DNA of 64,000 nt, from positions 2,667,815 through 2,731,814 of the forward strand of contig NW_025963902.1 in NCBI RefSeq assembly GCF_023055435.1. The letters are read 5' to 3'. Numbering within the stretch: the stretch's first letter is position 1; each line of letters opens with the position of its first letter. Below, in pieces: positions 1-13,667 of this stretch. The position numbers and the translations under genes are program-made. This DNA comes from Haliotis rufescens (taxonomy: Eukaryota). The notes under the pieces were generated by a model that was given only the letters and a program-made list of their open reading frames with translations, did no database searches and was not told where the DNA came from.

Positions 1-611
1 GTACAACTTTAGGGATCACAACTTCTGGCTTTTTGCATATATAGCAACGTTTTGCTCTAGATTCTTACACCGTTGTCAAGCTGGAGACGTTGTTGTCCAT
101 TAAGTTGTACATTTTTCTTACTTATTTGCCAACTTCTAATGCCAATCAAACAGTCATCTATTTGATAACGGAATTTAGGGCTTATGTGTTTCACTCCACC
201 TGTGATGATTAAAGATTTTTTGTTGGGTATCAACAAAACTTAAATTACTTCTATTGGGGAAGTAACCATAGTAACTCGTTGGTGAACTAATGCACAGTGG
301 AAACGAAAGCAAAAACGTAGGTATACAAGGAAACTGAGTCCGATACAACACTTCCCAGTGCTATCAGCTTGCTGTGCTAATTAATGCCATACCACATCAA
401 GCACGTACACTATTCCTGAAAACTATTATTCAGGGAGAATTGAAATTGTTTTTCTACTTTGTTAACTGACTTATCAAGGGGAACTGGCTGGTAACATGAA
501 GTAGGGAAATGTTTGGATGACTACAAGAAATTATCTTATATCTCCATCAGCGATATATCATATGTTAATCAGCGCATAGTAACAACTACATTGCGACATT
601 TCAGTTTTGAT

Positions 612-800
612 TTGGTTGGTTGGTTTGGTGTTTTACGTCGCACTCAGCAATATTCCAGCTATATGACTGCGGTCTGTAAATAATCGAGTCTGGACAAGAC
701 AATCCAGTGATTGACATCCTGAACATCGATCCACCCATTAGTTGCCTTTTACGGCAAGCATAGGTTGCTGAAGACCTATTCTACCCCATAACTTCACGGG
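612..800 (-). mobile_element. SINE family C (head cgtgaagatccggg.tagaatag..; (CAAC)n/(CAAA)n tail) copy
   Basis: (gttg)n gttttacgtcgcactcagcaatattccagctatatgac ... ggttgctgaagacctattctacccc. Confidence 0.5.
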
Positions 801-1930
801 TATTTCATTTTGGAAATATATAAGAGTAAATAAATTGGAAGTGATTCCTTGGCAATTGTACAGTTGCATTATATCTCACCTATCGACCACAGCATTCAAA
901 TCTTTACTTTTAACAATCAAATTTTTCAAGAAAATGTTTACCTCAAAATAAATAAACGTCTACGAACATGATGAATGAGATTGCAAAATAAGCAGTCATT
1001 ACCAGAGACAATTTTCGGAAATGAGTGCTATTGAAATTATAATAATTCATGATATTATATACGCTGATCACAGTATTGACAATAAATGGTTTGGGCAGTG
1101 TACTTCGATTATACTATTATCGGCATATCTGTGGTTGTCCCTGCCCTGGAAGAAGTGGCAAATATAAAATCATAAACATATAAATAATAAACATATGTCG
1201 CCACAGTCGGGGTCTATCCATTTGTGAATATGGCTGCACCTATCTACCTATCTCCGCCTCTAAACACTGTGCACTCCCAGTCAGTGGACAGTGCTTTGTC
1301 CAGACAGTAGGTACATGATTCTGCTGTAAACGAAGGTGTTGACAGGGTGAAAGATTTTACAAATTTTACAAATGGAACAAATTAGTACAGTACTTGAGCA
1401 AAGACACTGTGACAATTAGATTGCCAATTTTCTGATTCTACCACATGACCACTAGGCTACTTTGACATAAAGTTCCTCGAAATAGCAGACAATCGTCAAA
1501 ATCTGAATCTAGCTTACTGCTGAGCCTAACATGTTAATGACTACGGAGTCTATAATATTCACTAATACACACTATGTAACGACGAATATAATAACACTCG
1601 GGCATATTACCAACAATGACTTTTCAATCGTCAGTCCACAGGAGATTTGTCGTCTCTTTTTCTGTCGCCACTGTATATCTAGGGTCGAAGGCCTAACAGG
1701 AACTTGTATTCACCATGTTGATTGATTGACGTCACATGAAAACGAGAGTTGTCTTTCCTTGACAACAAAACGCACCTTCTAGACTTGCCACGGCTCTTTA
1801 TTTCCTTGAATCGTGACAGTTCTATCGCCGCACGCTTATCCGTCGTAATACGACTAGAAGCAAAATATCAGCCATTAAAGTATAAGGTTAACATGTGTAA
1901 TAATGTTCCAGCAAGTTACATCGTAAAACG

Positions 1931-2179
1931 ACCCGAGAAGATCCGGGATAGAATAGATCTTCAATAACCTATGCTTGTCGTAAGATGCGACTAACGGGAT
2001 CGGGTGGTCAGGCTCGCTGACTTGGTTGATACATGTCATCGATTCCAATTGCGTGGATCGATGCTCATGATATCAATCACTGGATTGTCTGGTCCAGACT
2101 TGATTATTTGCAGACCGCCGTCGTATAGCTGGAATATTGCAGACTGCGGCGTTAAACAACAATTTCAACCAACCAACAT
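1931..2179 (+). mobile_element. SINE family C, full copy
   Basis: cccgagaagatccgggatagaatagatcttcaataacctatgcttgtcg ... agctggaatattgcagactgcggcgttaaacaac..caaccaaccaac. Confidence 0.55.
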
Positions 2180-2439
2180 CGTAAAAAAATGCCAGGGTTG
2201 TAGAGAAAATGTCTTTTGCTAATTGGGAAAACCGACACCAAGTAGACCGCGTACTACAGGTCTATATTTCCATGATTATGATTCGCACCTTATTGCGCTA
2301 ATTGGCTCAGGCTGACGGCTGTGGCTCTCGCTTCATTGATCTCGCCTGCCGCTTCAATGTCCTTGATAAACGGGGTTAGTTGTGTGGGATGCGGTGAAAT
2401 CGAAGACACCGCCAACTCGTCGTCACAATTTACATTGAC

Positions 2440-2590
2440 AAACCGGGAGTGAAGCCCACGAGCACTGACATATATATGGTGGTGACAAACCAAGAATCTT
2501 AATCAGGGCGAATCTGGGATTCGAACCACTATCATAAATGTGGGACGCACTACCGCACAGTGGCTTGGGGTTGTCCGCACCCCAAAGCTG
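2440..2590 (-). mobile_element. SINE B-related fragment
   Basis: gtgaagcccacgagcactg ... gggattcgaaccact ... resembles the SINE B body. Confidence 0.35.
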
Positions 2591-2974
2591 ATATCATCAT
2601 GTCTTTGTGTGAGGATGGGGTTGAAGACGCACATTGACAACTATGGTATAAGGGAGGCTACTCTTGTCAGCCTATCTCATAAGGATTTTATTGTTGAAAA
2701 GTCAGTTGGCCACAGAGGAAAAGAGGCTTAGTTTCGGCTTTCGTTCCCACTTTTTCCTGTATACCTACAACCTTTTCTTTTGCATAAAGAAGGTATCTGT
2801 AATTGAGTAGGTTATTCGCCTAAAACTTTTGGGAATGGATTAGTTATAGAGTTTACTATATTAGTAGTAAATGTCTGTATTTCTGTTTGTTTGTTAGTTT
2901 AACGCCGCACTGTAGGCAGTTGATGCTCTGGGGGTGACTCGGGCGTGGTCGGATGGGGGCGGGATCCGATTCCA

Positions 2975-3150
2975 GTATGTATTCCTACACCTGGAATGTT
3001 TATCAGTCTCGTCAGTTTTGTCTGTTTGGATATATACAACTGTTTTTTGTTAAACTATTGTAGATAAAACATGTTTTACGTTGTCGAATTTAATCTTAAG
3101 CATTGACTGTGTAATTGTTTCGGTTCATTGAGGTATGAATCGAAAAACCG
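2975..3150 (+). repeat. Interspersed repeat, copy A
   Basis: tattcctacacctggaatgtttatca..ttttgtctgttt.gatatatacaactgtt...ttaaactattgtagataaaacatgtt.tacgttgtcgaatttaat...ttcggttcattgaggtatgaatcgaaaaaccga is shared with 48725..48905. Confidence 0.45.
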
Positions 3151-3596
3151 ACGCATCAAACAAGGGTCAGCACTCTTCTATGACGTCACAATGTGGCCTG
3201 CATCACAGGGAACTGATGTTAATGTGATGACCAGGATCTGGAGTATTTGGACACGTTATGGCTCTTCAGACTTAAAGTCAAGGCATTACGTGTATGCATA
3301 CACTAAAACACCCGGTGTTCTGTACATTATGTATTGCAGCTGTCCCCTAAAGAGGTAAACTTCCAACTACAACGTCAAACTAAGCTGTTATTGAAATGGA
3401 TATAAAATATGTCACGTGTGAATTTAAGTATTCTCCATTGATTTCCTCAAGTACAACCAGTGTAACAGTGCAGGGAATTAGCGATAGGCATTGACAAATC
3501 TCTGGCAACTGAAAATAACCGGAAAAGATCACAATGTCAGCAACAAGAATCCACCACATGAATAATTGAAACATAATGCATTAATGATCTACCCCT

Positions 3597-4108
3597 AACC
3601 AATCTCATTAAAATCAGATCTTAGTTCTCGCTACCGCTAAACAAAGATCTGAGGACATTCCATTAGGGGTCACGTCAGATCGACCTTTCATCCGACCAAT
3701 CAGAGCGTCGCTTACCAGATCATGAAAGTGACAGTCGGAATGTGATTTCTAATCATGCAGCCTCGAAAACGTTAAAACGGGGTATACCGAACGATAGTTA
3801 CGGGCTTCACGGCCGAATCTATACAATTTAGACCATATATTAGCCATTCTAGAACTTTCTTTTGTTCAGGTGTCTAATTTTTAAGCGAGAATTTGTCAAA
3901 AAAATGTTTCGAAGCGTAGTCGCCAATTCGAAATTAGTGCCGTAAAGCACGAGAAAGCTGCCTTCTGATTGGTTAATGTCGACAGTAATTCCATTGGTCG
4001 ATCAGAGTTTGCGAAAGGTCGGTCTGAATGGGACCCGTAATGGGATGTCCTCAGATGTTTGTGTAGCGGCAGCGGGAACTAGGATCTGATTTTAATGAGA
4101 TTGACCGG
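3597..4108 (+). mobile_element. MITE with roughly 110-bp TIRs (Mutator-like), copy X1
   Basis: TIRs caatctcattaaaatcagatcttagttctcgctaccgctaaacaaagatctgaggacat... at both ends in inverted orientation. The internal part is the reverse complement of X2's internal part. Confidence 0.5.
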
Positions 4109-4312
4109 TAACTGAATAAAAACTGTCGAAACACATCCTTAAACAAGTGCACTCACTTCCTGTCCAGTTATTTTGTTGTGAAAAGCGCTTTCATACAACA
4201 AATTATACCTATATCAGTTGAGTGTATGGTATAGCTGACACGAAGACTCAATTCTCAAGTTAGTTCATCATCACACAGACACGACAACTGATATCGATGT
4301 TAACTGTCTGTC

Positions 4313-4345
4313 ATTCATTCATTCATTCATTCATTCATTCACAGG
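4313..4345. repeat. (TCAT)n microsatellite
   Basis: tcattcattcattcattcattcattcattc. Confidence 0.8.
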
Positions 4346-5819
4346 GAACGTAATGTTACAAATACCTACAAGACACTTAGATCCTTATAAGAAGAAAGTA
4401 TAGCTGCCAGGCCATACAAAATCAGAAATACACGTATTTATGGGTTAAAATAAATTTATTGGCGAGTATGATGTGCATGCAAATATAAGATAAAAATAAG
4501 AAGCACAAATGACCAAAGTTATTGGGATGGGTAACAATGCACGATAGATATTGTTCTAATCTGCTCAAATGTAACCGTTCTGACACGCGTAACAGAGATG
4601 GATATTGGCGATGAATATCGTTCTAGTCAAGTGAAGGAAACAATACTGTGACACATCTAATACAGTCCTCGGTAACATATATAAACTTTTCCAAACGGTA
4701 TTGACACACACATCAGTGATGGAGAGGTATTGATAACTTAAAAGTTAAGTTTGCAAAATGGAAGTAATTCAAAACCCATTTTGTTTGACTGATGTTGTTT
4801 CTTAGCAGTTGATGCAAATAAACTCATCACACCAGTTACAACGTATAAACCAAGAACGAAAATGGGTACCCGGATGTGCATCCCAGCTCCACTTTAAAAT
4901 GTGTTGTAACAAAAACTAAGGGGAGAAAAATAAATAGAACCTGCAAATATAAAAAAAGATGATATACAAAAATGTTATGCAAAATTGGTGACTTGCTGAA
5001 TGTTGAACAAGACTCTCTCAATATAATATATAAATTGTCAGTGCAAGATAATAACCCATCTAGATTATCAGCCCAAACAGATTCCATTTAAACTTTTAGG
5101 GATTGAATTTGATGCAGACTCAGATGAAATGACTCAACTTTATTATCAAGAAAATCCGAAAAGATAAATAGAGAAATGAACATCGGGGACAAATGTTGTA
5201 CTGAAATCATTATTATTATTATCAAAACTTTCAAAAACAAATTCTTCAATTCCAAGCCCACCAGAACAACTAAAATTCAAACATAAACAGATGCTATAAA
5301 TTTATCTGGAAAGGAAAAAGAGGTAAAATTAAAAGAAACATTGTGCATTTAGCACCTGGATATGGAGGTGTTAGTGTTTCCAAAAGTTAAACATATTCAA
5401 CAAAAACCTTACATGGATAGACAGAATATTCATAATACATGGCGGATTCATTATACACGGCTGAACGTATTGTACCCAAATTTTAAACAAATTTTTGCAC
5501 TATGTATTAAATAGGTGGTCATGCTATTTGGAAAAAAACCGTGGTAATACAAAAAAAACTAGGCAGAATTAATAAACCAGTCAATATGGTACAACAATAA
5601 CATTACCGTGGATAATAAAACCACAACATAACATAATTTACATTATTGGAAAAAAGGAAGTAAGATGTTTTACCAATAACTACGTAATACATGTTTTGTT
5701 AAAATTCAAAACCAAGACATGTGGGAAATATAATGGGTAAGAAATATGAAGAAACTGAATGGATGAATGTTAATCTTAATTCACATGGATACACTACAAG
5801 GGTAAAATTGAGATGGTTT

Positions 5820-6000
5820 CAGTCCCCCCCCCCAAAAAAAAAACAACAACAACAAACAAATAATCAATAAATCAATAAAAAATAAAATAAATAAAATATA
5901 TAAAAAATATTTTTAAAAAATTTAAAAAATTTAAAAAAAAAAATAAAATAAAATAAATGAATAAATAAAAAAAATAAATAAAAAAAAATAAAAAAAATAT
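5820..6000. repeat. Low-complexity C9/A-rich tract ((A)n, (AAAT)n-like)
   Basis: cccccccccaaaaaaaaaacaacaacaacaaacaaataatcaataaa... Confidence 0.7.
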
Positions 6001-6589
6001 CATAACAGCAAATGTATTCTTATACAAGATAAAATATATCGACTCTCCATCCTGCACCTTTTGCAAAGGTACAGATGTAACAATTATAATCTATTATGTG
6101 AATGCAAATATGTTGAAGAAATATGGAAAGATATGTCAGTATGGCTATATACCGTTAGTGAAGGAAAAATAATGTTGACTCAGGAAAATATAATATTTGG
6201 CTTTAAAGGTAAACATAATAATCCTTTGAATACTACAGTTTGGAGAGGAAAACAATTTATATACAATATGAGTAAAACAAAGAAAGGTCAATCTTAAAAC
6301 AAATTCAAAGAGAAATTTTAGAATTCTATTCAGTAACAGAAAAGATCCTTTGTAAACTGCAACCAAGCCAGTTTTGTTTCATACTGGTCATCTTTCCATA
6401 CTCTGTTTGCAAATACAAAAGATGAGGACAGTTTCTCCAAGCTAATTTTCTCGGTATTTTAGTGAAGTTTTCGTATTCTCGGTACATTTAAAAAAATTAT
6501 GTATAACATTTGAATATCTTCAAAAGTCCGGCTAAATAAATGTCATTAATATTATCTCTCAAAAAGAAAAACGACCAATATTCTAACAA

Positions 6590-6990
6590 ACCTGCATGTG
6601 TAGATAAATAGAGAATCTCACCCGAGTGTCTTTTGATATCAAATATATCAACACGAGTTGATAAAAGTGGAAAAATCCGAGGCTTGCCGAGGATTTTTGC
6701 CACTTTTATCAATGAGTGTTGATATATTTGATATCAAAAGACACGAGGGTGAGATTTTATTTATCATCCAACATCATTCTTTCAACTTTTTCAATTTGTA
6801 GACAGTAATTAGCAGTGTCTTTAGTGTAAAAAGTACTGCAAACAGCTTCAGTAGCAGAGCCATTAGTGATGTCATTTGATTGTGACGTCATGGTAACCAG
6901 TGACGTCACAATGGTCTGCAAAGCATTGTGATGTAATTTCATTGCAGCGATATCTACAGTGTAGATATCGCTTGATCTCATCCAAGCGAT
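6590..6990 (-). mobile_element. Repeat family with a terminal long hairpin (about 55-bp arms), copy 1
   Basis: Foldback atctcacccgagtgtcttttgatatcaaatatatcaacacgagttgataaaagtgg ... ccacttttatcaa... plus an adjacent conserved segment (ORF frame ..KLHHNALQTIVTSLVTMTSQSNDITNGSATEAVCSTF..) and the short palindrome gcgatatctacactgtagatatcgc. Confidence 0.45.
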
Positions 6991-7235
6991 ATCTCCTGAG
7001 GGAGCCAGTTTTGGATGATAAACACTGTTGGTATGTTGGTATGAATACCCTCTGATCTACATGAAAATGCTGGTGGTGGTATGAATACTCTGCGATGTAT
7101 ATGACATTAGAACTGTATATGTACATATATACGGGAAATAAAAAAGAAGAAGAAGAAGTAAACCAAAAATAATATGAAAAAAAGAAGAAAAAGATTCCAT
7201 TAGGCTTGAAGTGCAAAATTGCTGTGAGAATTATA

Positions 7236-7545
7236 TGAATGGATCACTGAAGACCAGTGATGACACCAGGTGTTCGCGAAAGGGTAAGCATTTCCTGCCC
7301 TACCGGTTTCACCAACCATTCATACATTTTGCATAAAACAGTAAGTATTTATTGACGCTGCACAGCAGTAATCCTACTATAATTAGTCGTACGACTATGA
7401 ATTATTGCGAGTTGAATGAAAAGAAAACTCAATTAGTTAAACTGAAAATAACTTTTTCGGAATTGTCACTGATTTTAGTGAAAAGCGCTCACTTTTTCGC
7501 GAACACCTGGTATCATCACTATTTGATAGTGATATGTAAACACAT
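7236..7545. mobile_element. MITE of the GTGTTCGCGAAA family
   Basis: Inverted termini gatcactgaagaccagtgatgacaccaggtgttcgcgaaa / tttcgcgaacacctggtatcatcactatttgatagtgat. Solo or partial copies at about 17905-17990, 21345-21400, 28360-28480, 40080-40130 and 42000-42050. Confidence 0.4.
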
Positions 7546-9195
7546 GCTCATGACATAGTCGGAATCGTACAATGGACTCCGCTTTTAGCAGGGATTTTTA
7601 TTTAAAATGGAAAGAGTTTTGTCGCTTTTATTTAATTGGCATTGATTAGATGATTTAACAGGAAGACACAATGCTTGGTGATTTGTTTGTGGTGACGTTT
7701 CACGGTTACTTCTTCCCAATCATCAGGTGAATTCTTGAATGGACAAGAATTAGCCTTGAAACGCCCTAAGGGAAATAAAGGATTTCTTATCCATAAAAGG
7801 TTAGCTATCCGCAGCATAGTCTCTGTAGCGCCTAGTTGATTCATCATGAAAGTTTTATATTTCGACATGTTACATGCATGTTTACTGTGTATTCCAAAGT
7901 TTCGTGGACTTTATACTGTTGCACCAATATATGCTCCTTATGATTTACATTTTCTTCTCATCTATTACATTGCGTAACATAAATTATGTTATTTGTATCG
8001 TTGCCAGTGACGATGTTTTGATCAATATGTTGCATATTATCGCGTAATGTTGTAGATTTATATAAACTTTCCCACCAGAAATCGACCCAGGATCCCCCCA
8101 ATTGATATTCGGTGTTGGGGGTTGATGTGTGTTTAGGGAGTTGGGTATCTGACTTGGTTTGGATATGTGACGTGGTCTGTTTATAACAACAGCAATAGGA
8201 GTAAAAAACAGCAACAATGACAACTGAGGCAAGAACAAAACAATTAATTAATATAGAAATTAAGCAAGATTAGATGGTAACACATGGGTGTTTTTATGAT
8301 ACAAAGCATTAATTCGCATACACGGGTTAAATAATCACAAAGGTAAAGGGAACAATGTAGTTGGACCCAGTGTGACAACGGTAGCACTCAAGTATCGTAA
8401 TTCCTATACTTTAATACAGACTTACGACTGTCGCTCTGTGAAACGGTACCTGAACGCAGGAGCATTAAATGGCATCAGTGTTTTCCACTTGTGACAGTGA
8501 ATTCGAATAACTTTTGTAGCCCCCCAATCATGTTTCATGCGCATGGGGTATATTTAAACACTTAAGTTCCACAAATCCTCACAATGAGATATTAGTTGCT
8601 GGGTCCAGCAAATGTACCACCAAATCTCTGTCTCAAAGATTAACTACCATTGTTAATACAATTAAGCGAGGTATTTCTATATTTTCAAAGAAAATGTTTG
8701 ATACAAATAGAATTAATACCATGTTAATTTTCGTAATTCTTTGCAATCTCAGAAAAGACACCAGTTCAATTCTGTCAAAACATTTGATTTTTCACCACTA
8801 GTGACAAAAAGACTCTCAACACGACTGTCTGACGAGACGGAGGACTTCATGTCGAGCAATATTCCAGCAGCTCTAGCCTTTGTCAACATTTGACAACTTT
8901 TGAAGAACAGTCGACTATACTGTTTCTATGGAGATTTAAAAAAGCGCCATACAACTCTTGCACAAGAGATGTGTAACCAGGGTTACAACATTCAAGGCCC
9001 CAGAAAAAAAACTTTCAAAACGTTTTATGGAAGACATGTCGTATCAGTATCACAAATTATGTCTGAATGAATTCCCTATTTTGACTTGTACCATATATAC
9101 CTGTGTTTTTTAAGGTGAACAATTGACTTGCCCTTGCATGTGTTTGTTATGTATGCCCCTGGTGGGGAAGCTCACCTTTTCGCCAACCCTTTTCT

Positions 9196-9398
9196 TTATT
9201 GTTTAACGCCGCACTCCAGTATTTCAGCTATATGCCGGCGGTCTGTAAATAATCGAATCTGGACCAAACAATCCAGTGATTGACATCATGAGCATCGATC
9301 TACATATGAGGATACGATGATATACATGAACAAAGTCAGCGAGCCTGACCAGTCGATCCCGTTCGTCACCTCTAACGACAAGCATAGTCGCATCCTGA
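9196..9398 (-). mobile_element. SINE family C copy
   Basis: Matches the family-C body. Confidence 0.5.
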
Positions 9399-10887
9399 GA
9401 TAAGAAATGGGTGACCTAATACAATCACTAATTAATAGTGATTCCTAAACTCGAAATCGTACAATGGACTTTGCTTTTAGCAGAGAATTCCTCTGAATAT
9501 GGCGCATTTATTATGTGTACTTCATGCTTATTACACACAAATCACACTTTTTGTTGCACTCGCACGCAGGATATCTGCACAACAGTCTACGGTATATAAA
9601 TGGTAGCATTCTGTTGACAACACGTTACACAATTGTATTTTCAACATTACATTGCATGCATAATTCTACAGAGATAATGAAGTTTCATTGATACGAACTG
9701 ATAACATCTTTCAACAATCGTGTGTTATTTAACTTAAGATATCGTCAACATCAAACTAATTTTCCTACACAGTACATTATAGTTTGTAGTAGTTTGTGCC
9801 CATTGATTACCTTTTGGAAATAATATTTCAGAAAATGAATATCATTTTTACTAGAATGTGAAGCTTATTCAGTGTTTTGAAATAAATATCTAAATGCTCA
9901 ATATAATGTTATCCCTTAGCATAAAAATATTGAGGTATTGTCATCATGTAAATATACTAGCAGCTTTGCTACAATTATTATATTTTATTTCTAAATGCCA
10001 CTTTGCAATGCATAAATGACATACATAGCATTAACATCCATTGTTATTTATCATAATTTGGTATGGAGTTTCCAATAGTGCAGTCAACCTTATATATATG
10101 TAACTTTTCTTCAAATGCACTGCTTTGTACAAACTATTGTGTATATGTGTTCATTGGGGCAATTGCCTGAAACCTCATGAATAATCTAATCACATACAGT
10201 ACAATGTTGTGAAAGGTCTAATTCAAGTTAGTAGCTCACTCATTATAATGCCTATTCCCACCTCTTATCGCTTTGTCTGCTTCTGATAAGTCGAATGGGA
10301 TGCATCGCATGTTTGGTTAACTCCACATGAAGGTTCAGTGTGATTTATCCCAACGGATAAAAAGGTATATGTCAACTGGGGATTTATGGGCATTTAAGGA
10401 TACATATGCAAATATATAAGGTTCATTGTTTACAAACAAATATGGTGTCGCCCTGGTCTATTGGTGGTCGATTCAGAATTGACGATCGGACAAATTACTG
10501 GAATAATTGTTATCGTTATCAACCGTGTCTATAAGGGAGTAGATGAGGCCTTTCAACAGTGAAGGCAACTTTGGATTATAAATCGTGAAGAAGATTTGCA
10601 AGGCAGATATAGCGGGATTCCATATCTGTGCTTGAGGTCTTTTTTCCGATTTACAAAACAGTTTTACCTTTTTTCGTTTCTCGCTGTTTGGGGAATCTGA
10701 CTTCATTTCATAATCCTGTTACAAAACGTTAAAACGCGAGCCAGACTAGAGTAGCTTCCCTTTGGTGACTGTCTGTTTAGTTCCCAAATTACAACGTTTA
10801 TTCCCAATACAGCACATTGACTATCGCAAAACACTCGCAAAACACTCTCGAGTGATAACCTCTATCTGTTAATAATAGTTGTTTTTG

Positions 10888-10975
10888 AGTGAGTGAGTAT
10901 GGTTTTACGCCGCATTTAGCAATATTCCATCAATATCACGGCGGAGGACACCAGAAGTTGGTTTCGACAATGTTC
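10888..10975 (-). mobile_element. SINE family A, tail-proximal fragment
   Basis: gagtgagtgagtatggttttacgccgcatttagcaatattccatcaatatcacggcgg. Confidence 0.4.
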
Positions 10976-11246
10976 TATGTTTGGAAAGTTCCAATATTAA
11001 TAATCATATGTAACCACTAAAACTGTTATATTTTGGTAATATCATCTTGATAAGAAATTTGCAAACATATTGACACAATGTAAGGGGGCCCTTACTGTGA
11101 AGACTTCGTACGAGGGTACTACTAGTATATGTGAAACTCATTCTTGCTTCCCAACGCCGTAATATGTCTGCAAGAACGCTAACATGGCGTAAAACCCAAC
11201 TTACGCACTATTATGATTCAACACGATACAGTATCACTGGTCGGCA

Positions 11247-11457
11247 TTACATATGAAGGGTTTCTGGTGTTTCATACACGGACCCACATCCATCATCTTC
11301 CTCAGATGTCTTCTGGTAGTCGTTGTGAACCACGTCTCTTCGCACAGCAGACAATCTGGTATAGTTGTCCATTTCAGTAGCATGGTTGGCCACGCCAGAC
11401 AGTTCCTGATTTGGGGGTGTTCTTCGCTGCCCATACTTTATGCAATGACAGACGGTC
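11247..11457 (-). CDS. TSR/EGF-repeat membrane protein, terminal exon (cytoplasmic tail, stop TAA)
   Basis: Acceptor atttacttttag|g. Continues the frame of track ORF 11247..11492: (W)TVCHCIKYGQRRTPPNQELSGVANHATEMDNYTRLSAVRRDVVHNDYQKTSEEDDGCGSVYETPETLHM then stop. Contains YTRL, a YxxPhi sorting motif. Confidence 0.45.
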
Positions 11458-11808
11458 CTAAAAGTAAATATTGACATTACGTACAACTGCATCTCTTATG
11501 CATGCTTTCTGCACTTCCATGTTACTTTACCTTACGATATCCTTTCTGTCGCCTTTTCCTCAACGGTACGCTGTGTTAAGTAGGCGTATGCTATTCTTTG
11601 TAACTAGCAGATTTGAACTAAGGCACATGAGGGGGGTTATGTAATACAGGGATGGGTGGGATGCAGATTCAGCCTGATTGTGGTCACCGGTTTATAAGCA
11701 CGATACCCATGCTCATATTAATTACCAGTTTGGTATAAGACTTCGGTGAATACTCAATATTTTGACTACACTGTGTAGCCGAGATACACTTTAGAGAAGA
11801 ATACCTAC

Positions 11809-11881
11809 CAGACAAGCGACGTCAGCACGATGGAGGCGACAGAGGCGATGATTGTGTACATGAAGTGAATTTGTGTTGAAT
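11809..11881 (-). CDS. TSR/EGF-repeat membrane protein, exon 5 (transmembrane helix)
   Basis: Acceptor ttaacattttcag|at and donor gtctg|gtaggt. 73 nt, phase 1 in and phase 2 out. Encodes STQIHFMYTIIASVASIVLTSLV, a 20+ residue hydrophobic stretch. The phase is compatible with exons 4 and 6. Confidence 0.45.
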
Positions 11882-12109
11882 CTGAAAATGTTAACCATAT
11901 TGATAAATATACTAAATAATAGTGCGTATGACATTACATTCCTGAAGTATATATTTTTCAGCAGTAGGTAACTTGATTACGATTTAAATTAAATTATTCA
12001 AACCAAGTTTCTTTTGTTCACAGCAGTCGATAATTTGCTGCAGCATTTGCCATACAACTGATCAAAATTAGCAGTATTCTGACATTACATATTGACAGTA
12101 GTCTGGCAT

Positions 12110-12369
12110 GAGTGAGTGAGTTGGGTTTTACGCCGCTTTTAACAGTATTCCAGTTATATCACGGCGTGTCAGCTTAATGTGGGAGGAAAGCCCGAAGTGA
12201 TGCAGGTCTCAGACGTTTACCACTTCGGTGAAACCCACGAGCACTGGTATGGTGCTGACAATCCTAGAAACATAATCGGGGCGAACCGGGATTCGAACCC
12301 ACACTCATAGGTTTCTGGCGTGCCCAAGGGACGCAACTCTGCACAGACGACCGGGCCACCCTTGCCCCC
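12110..12369 (-). mobile_element. SINE family B (tRNA-like head gggggcaagggtggcccggtcg..gggttcgaatcccggttcgcccc), full copy
   Basis: Full length with a (GAGT)n tail and the shared central domain. Lies in a TSR-gene intron. Confidence 0.6.
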
Positions 12370-12549
12370 TATTCTGGCATGACCAGGTTAGTTACATACT
12401 ATATGTACTAACAATATTGTGACTGGTCACAGCAACTATATATTGTATGTACTGGTAGTGATCTGACATGATCATGGTAGACATAGATAACGTAATACTA
12501 TGCTGACAGTATTCTGGCATTATAAGTATCTGTTCCACATTCAACCCAC

Positions 12550-12756
12550 CTTTCACTACAAATAGGTCACATTGTTTCACGTCTACAGTTTCGTGTCTCT
12601 CTCGATTACACTGGGCGTAACACTCGTCTTCCTTCTGCCCCACACGACAACAGAGGGATCGTTTTCTCGTTACTTCTCCGTTCTCGGAACCATTACAAAG
12701 TCCCCATGGTTCCCACATCGCCCAGGTGCATTTGGAACAATTGTCACGTGTTGCCT
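12550..12756 (-). CDS. TSR/EGF-repeat membrane protein, exon 4 (TSR-like 4)
   Basis: Acceptor catttcag|ag and donor gtgaaag|gtgggt. Phase 1-1, 207 nt. Encodes CSKCTWAMWEPWGLCNGSENGEVTRKRSLCC (WxxWxxW..C...RxR..CC) plus a Cys-rich tail. Matches the frame of track ORF 12392..12718. Confidence 0.5.
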
Positions 12757-13017
12757 CTGAAATGAAATTAGCTTTGATTTAAAAAAAATAACCATGATGA
12801 GATGAAGATTTGATAAGAATATCATTAATGTCACTTCATCACGTTCAGATATTCTATCAAGTTAATTATAGTCAGAGATGCATATAACACTCATAGGTTA
12901 TTATTTACCCTTTCTGATATATAAGCTTTTGAATCGTTGTGGGCCAAACACATTTTGTATCCCAGTTCACACTTCGCGATCAACAGAAACACATGGAAAG
13001 ATAGAGAAGCATCCTAC

Positions 13018-13290
13018 CATCAGAGCAGCAGGATCCAGAGTAGCCTCGTACACACTCACAGATGCTGCTTGAGAAACTGCCGTCGTTGAAACAAACTTCA
13101 TTGCAGCTCTCGGACTCAACTGTGTCATTCTCAGACAGGCTGCAGTCGTACAGGCAGTCCTTAACGGTTTGCCCTTCACAGCAACAAGGTGACCGTGACC
13201 TTGTCCTTTGACCTCCTCCACATGTCTGGCTACAGCTGCTCCATGGCTGCCACGCGTTCCAGGAACAAAGGGGGCAAGTCCGAGTCCTGT
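13018..13290 (-). CDS. TSR/EGF-repeat membrane protein, exon 3 (TSR3 + EGF-like)
   Basis: Acceptor catccatttag|ac and donor gatg|gtagga. Phase 1-1, 273 nt, no stop. Encodes CSWNAWQPWSSCSQTCGGGQRTRSRSPCC, a near-perfect TSR motif, followed by CNEVCFNDGSFSSSICECVRGYSGSCC (EGF-like). Not in the ORF track because the frame has no start codon. Confidence 0.55.
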
Positions 13291-13377
13291 CTAAATGGAT
13301 GTTGTAATAATTGCAATGAAAATATTTTTTTCAGCGTTCTGTTCAATTTGCAAAGCTTAGGTGATGGTATCATCATA

Positions 13378-13600
13378 TTGCAGGTCAGGAGCCGATACCA
13401 CCAGCATCACTGCTATTCAAATCATCATATTACAGGTCAGGAGCCGATACTAACAGCATCACTGCTATTCAAATCATCATATTGCAGGTCAGGAGCCGAT
13501 ACCAACAGCTTCACTGCTATTCAAATCATCATATTGTAGGTCAGGAGCCGATACCACCAGCATCACTGCTTTTCAAATCATCATAATGATCTTATCTCTG
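13378..13600. repeat. Tandem repeat, roughly 60-bp unit x4 (gtcaggagccgataccaccagcatcactgctattcaaatcatcatattgcag)
   Basis: Four consecutive copies, in the TSR gene intron. Confidence 0.6.
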
Positions 13601-13667
13601 GCTAATAGGAGATATTTCACTCCATTACTACTGTTCAAATCATCATTGGAGGCCAGTTGCACATTTT

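Noticed and set aside
7632-7868. 78-aa minus-strand ORF (MSKYKTFMMNQLGATETMLRIANLLWIRNPLFPLGRF...)
   Set aside because: No splice context or similarity. Lies between MITE fragments. Likely a chance ORF in AT-rich DNA.
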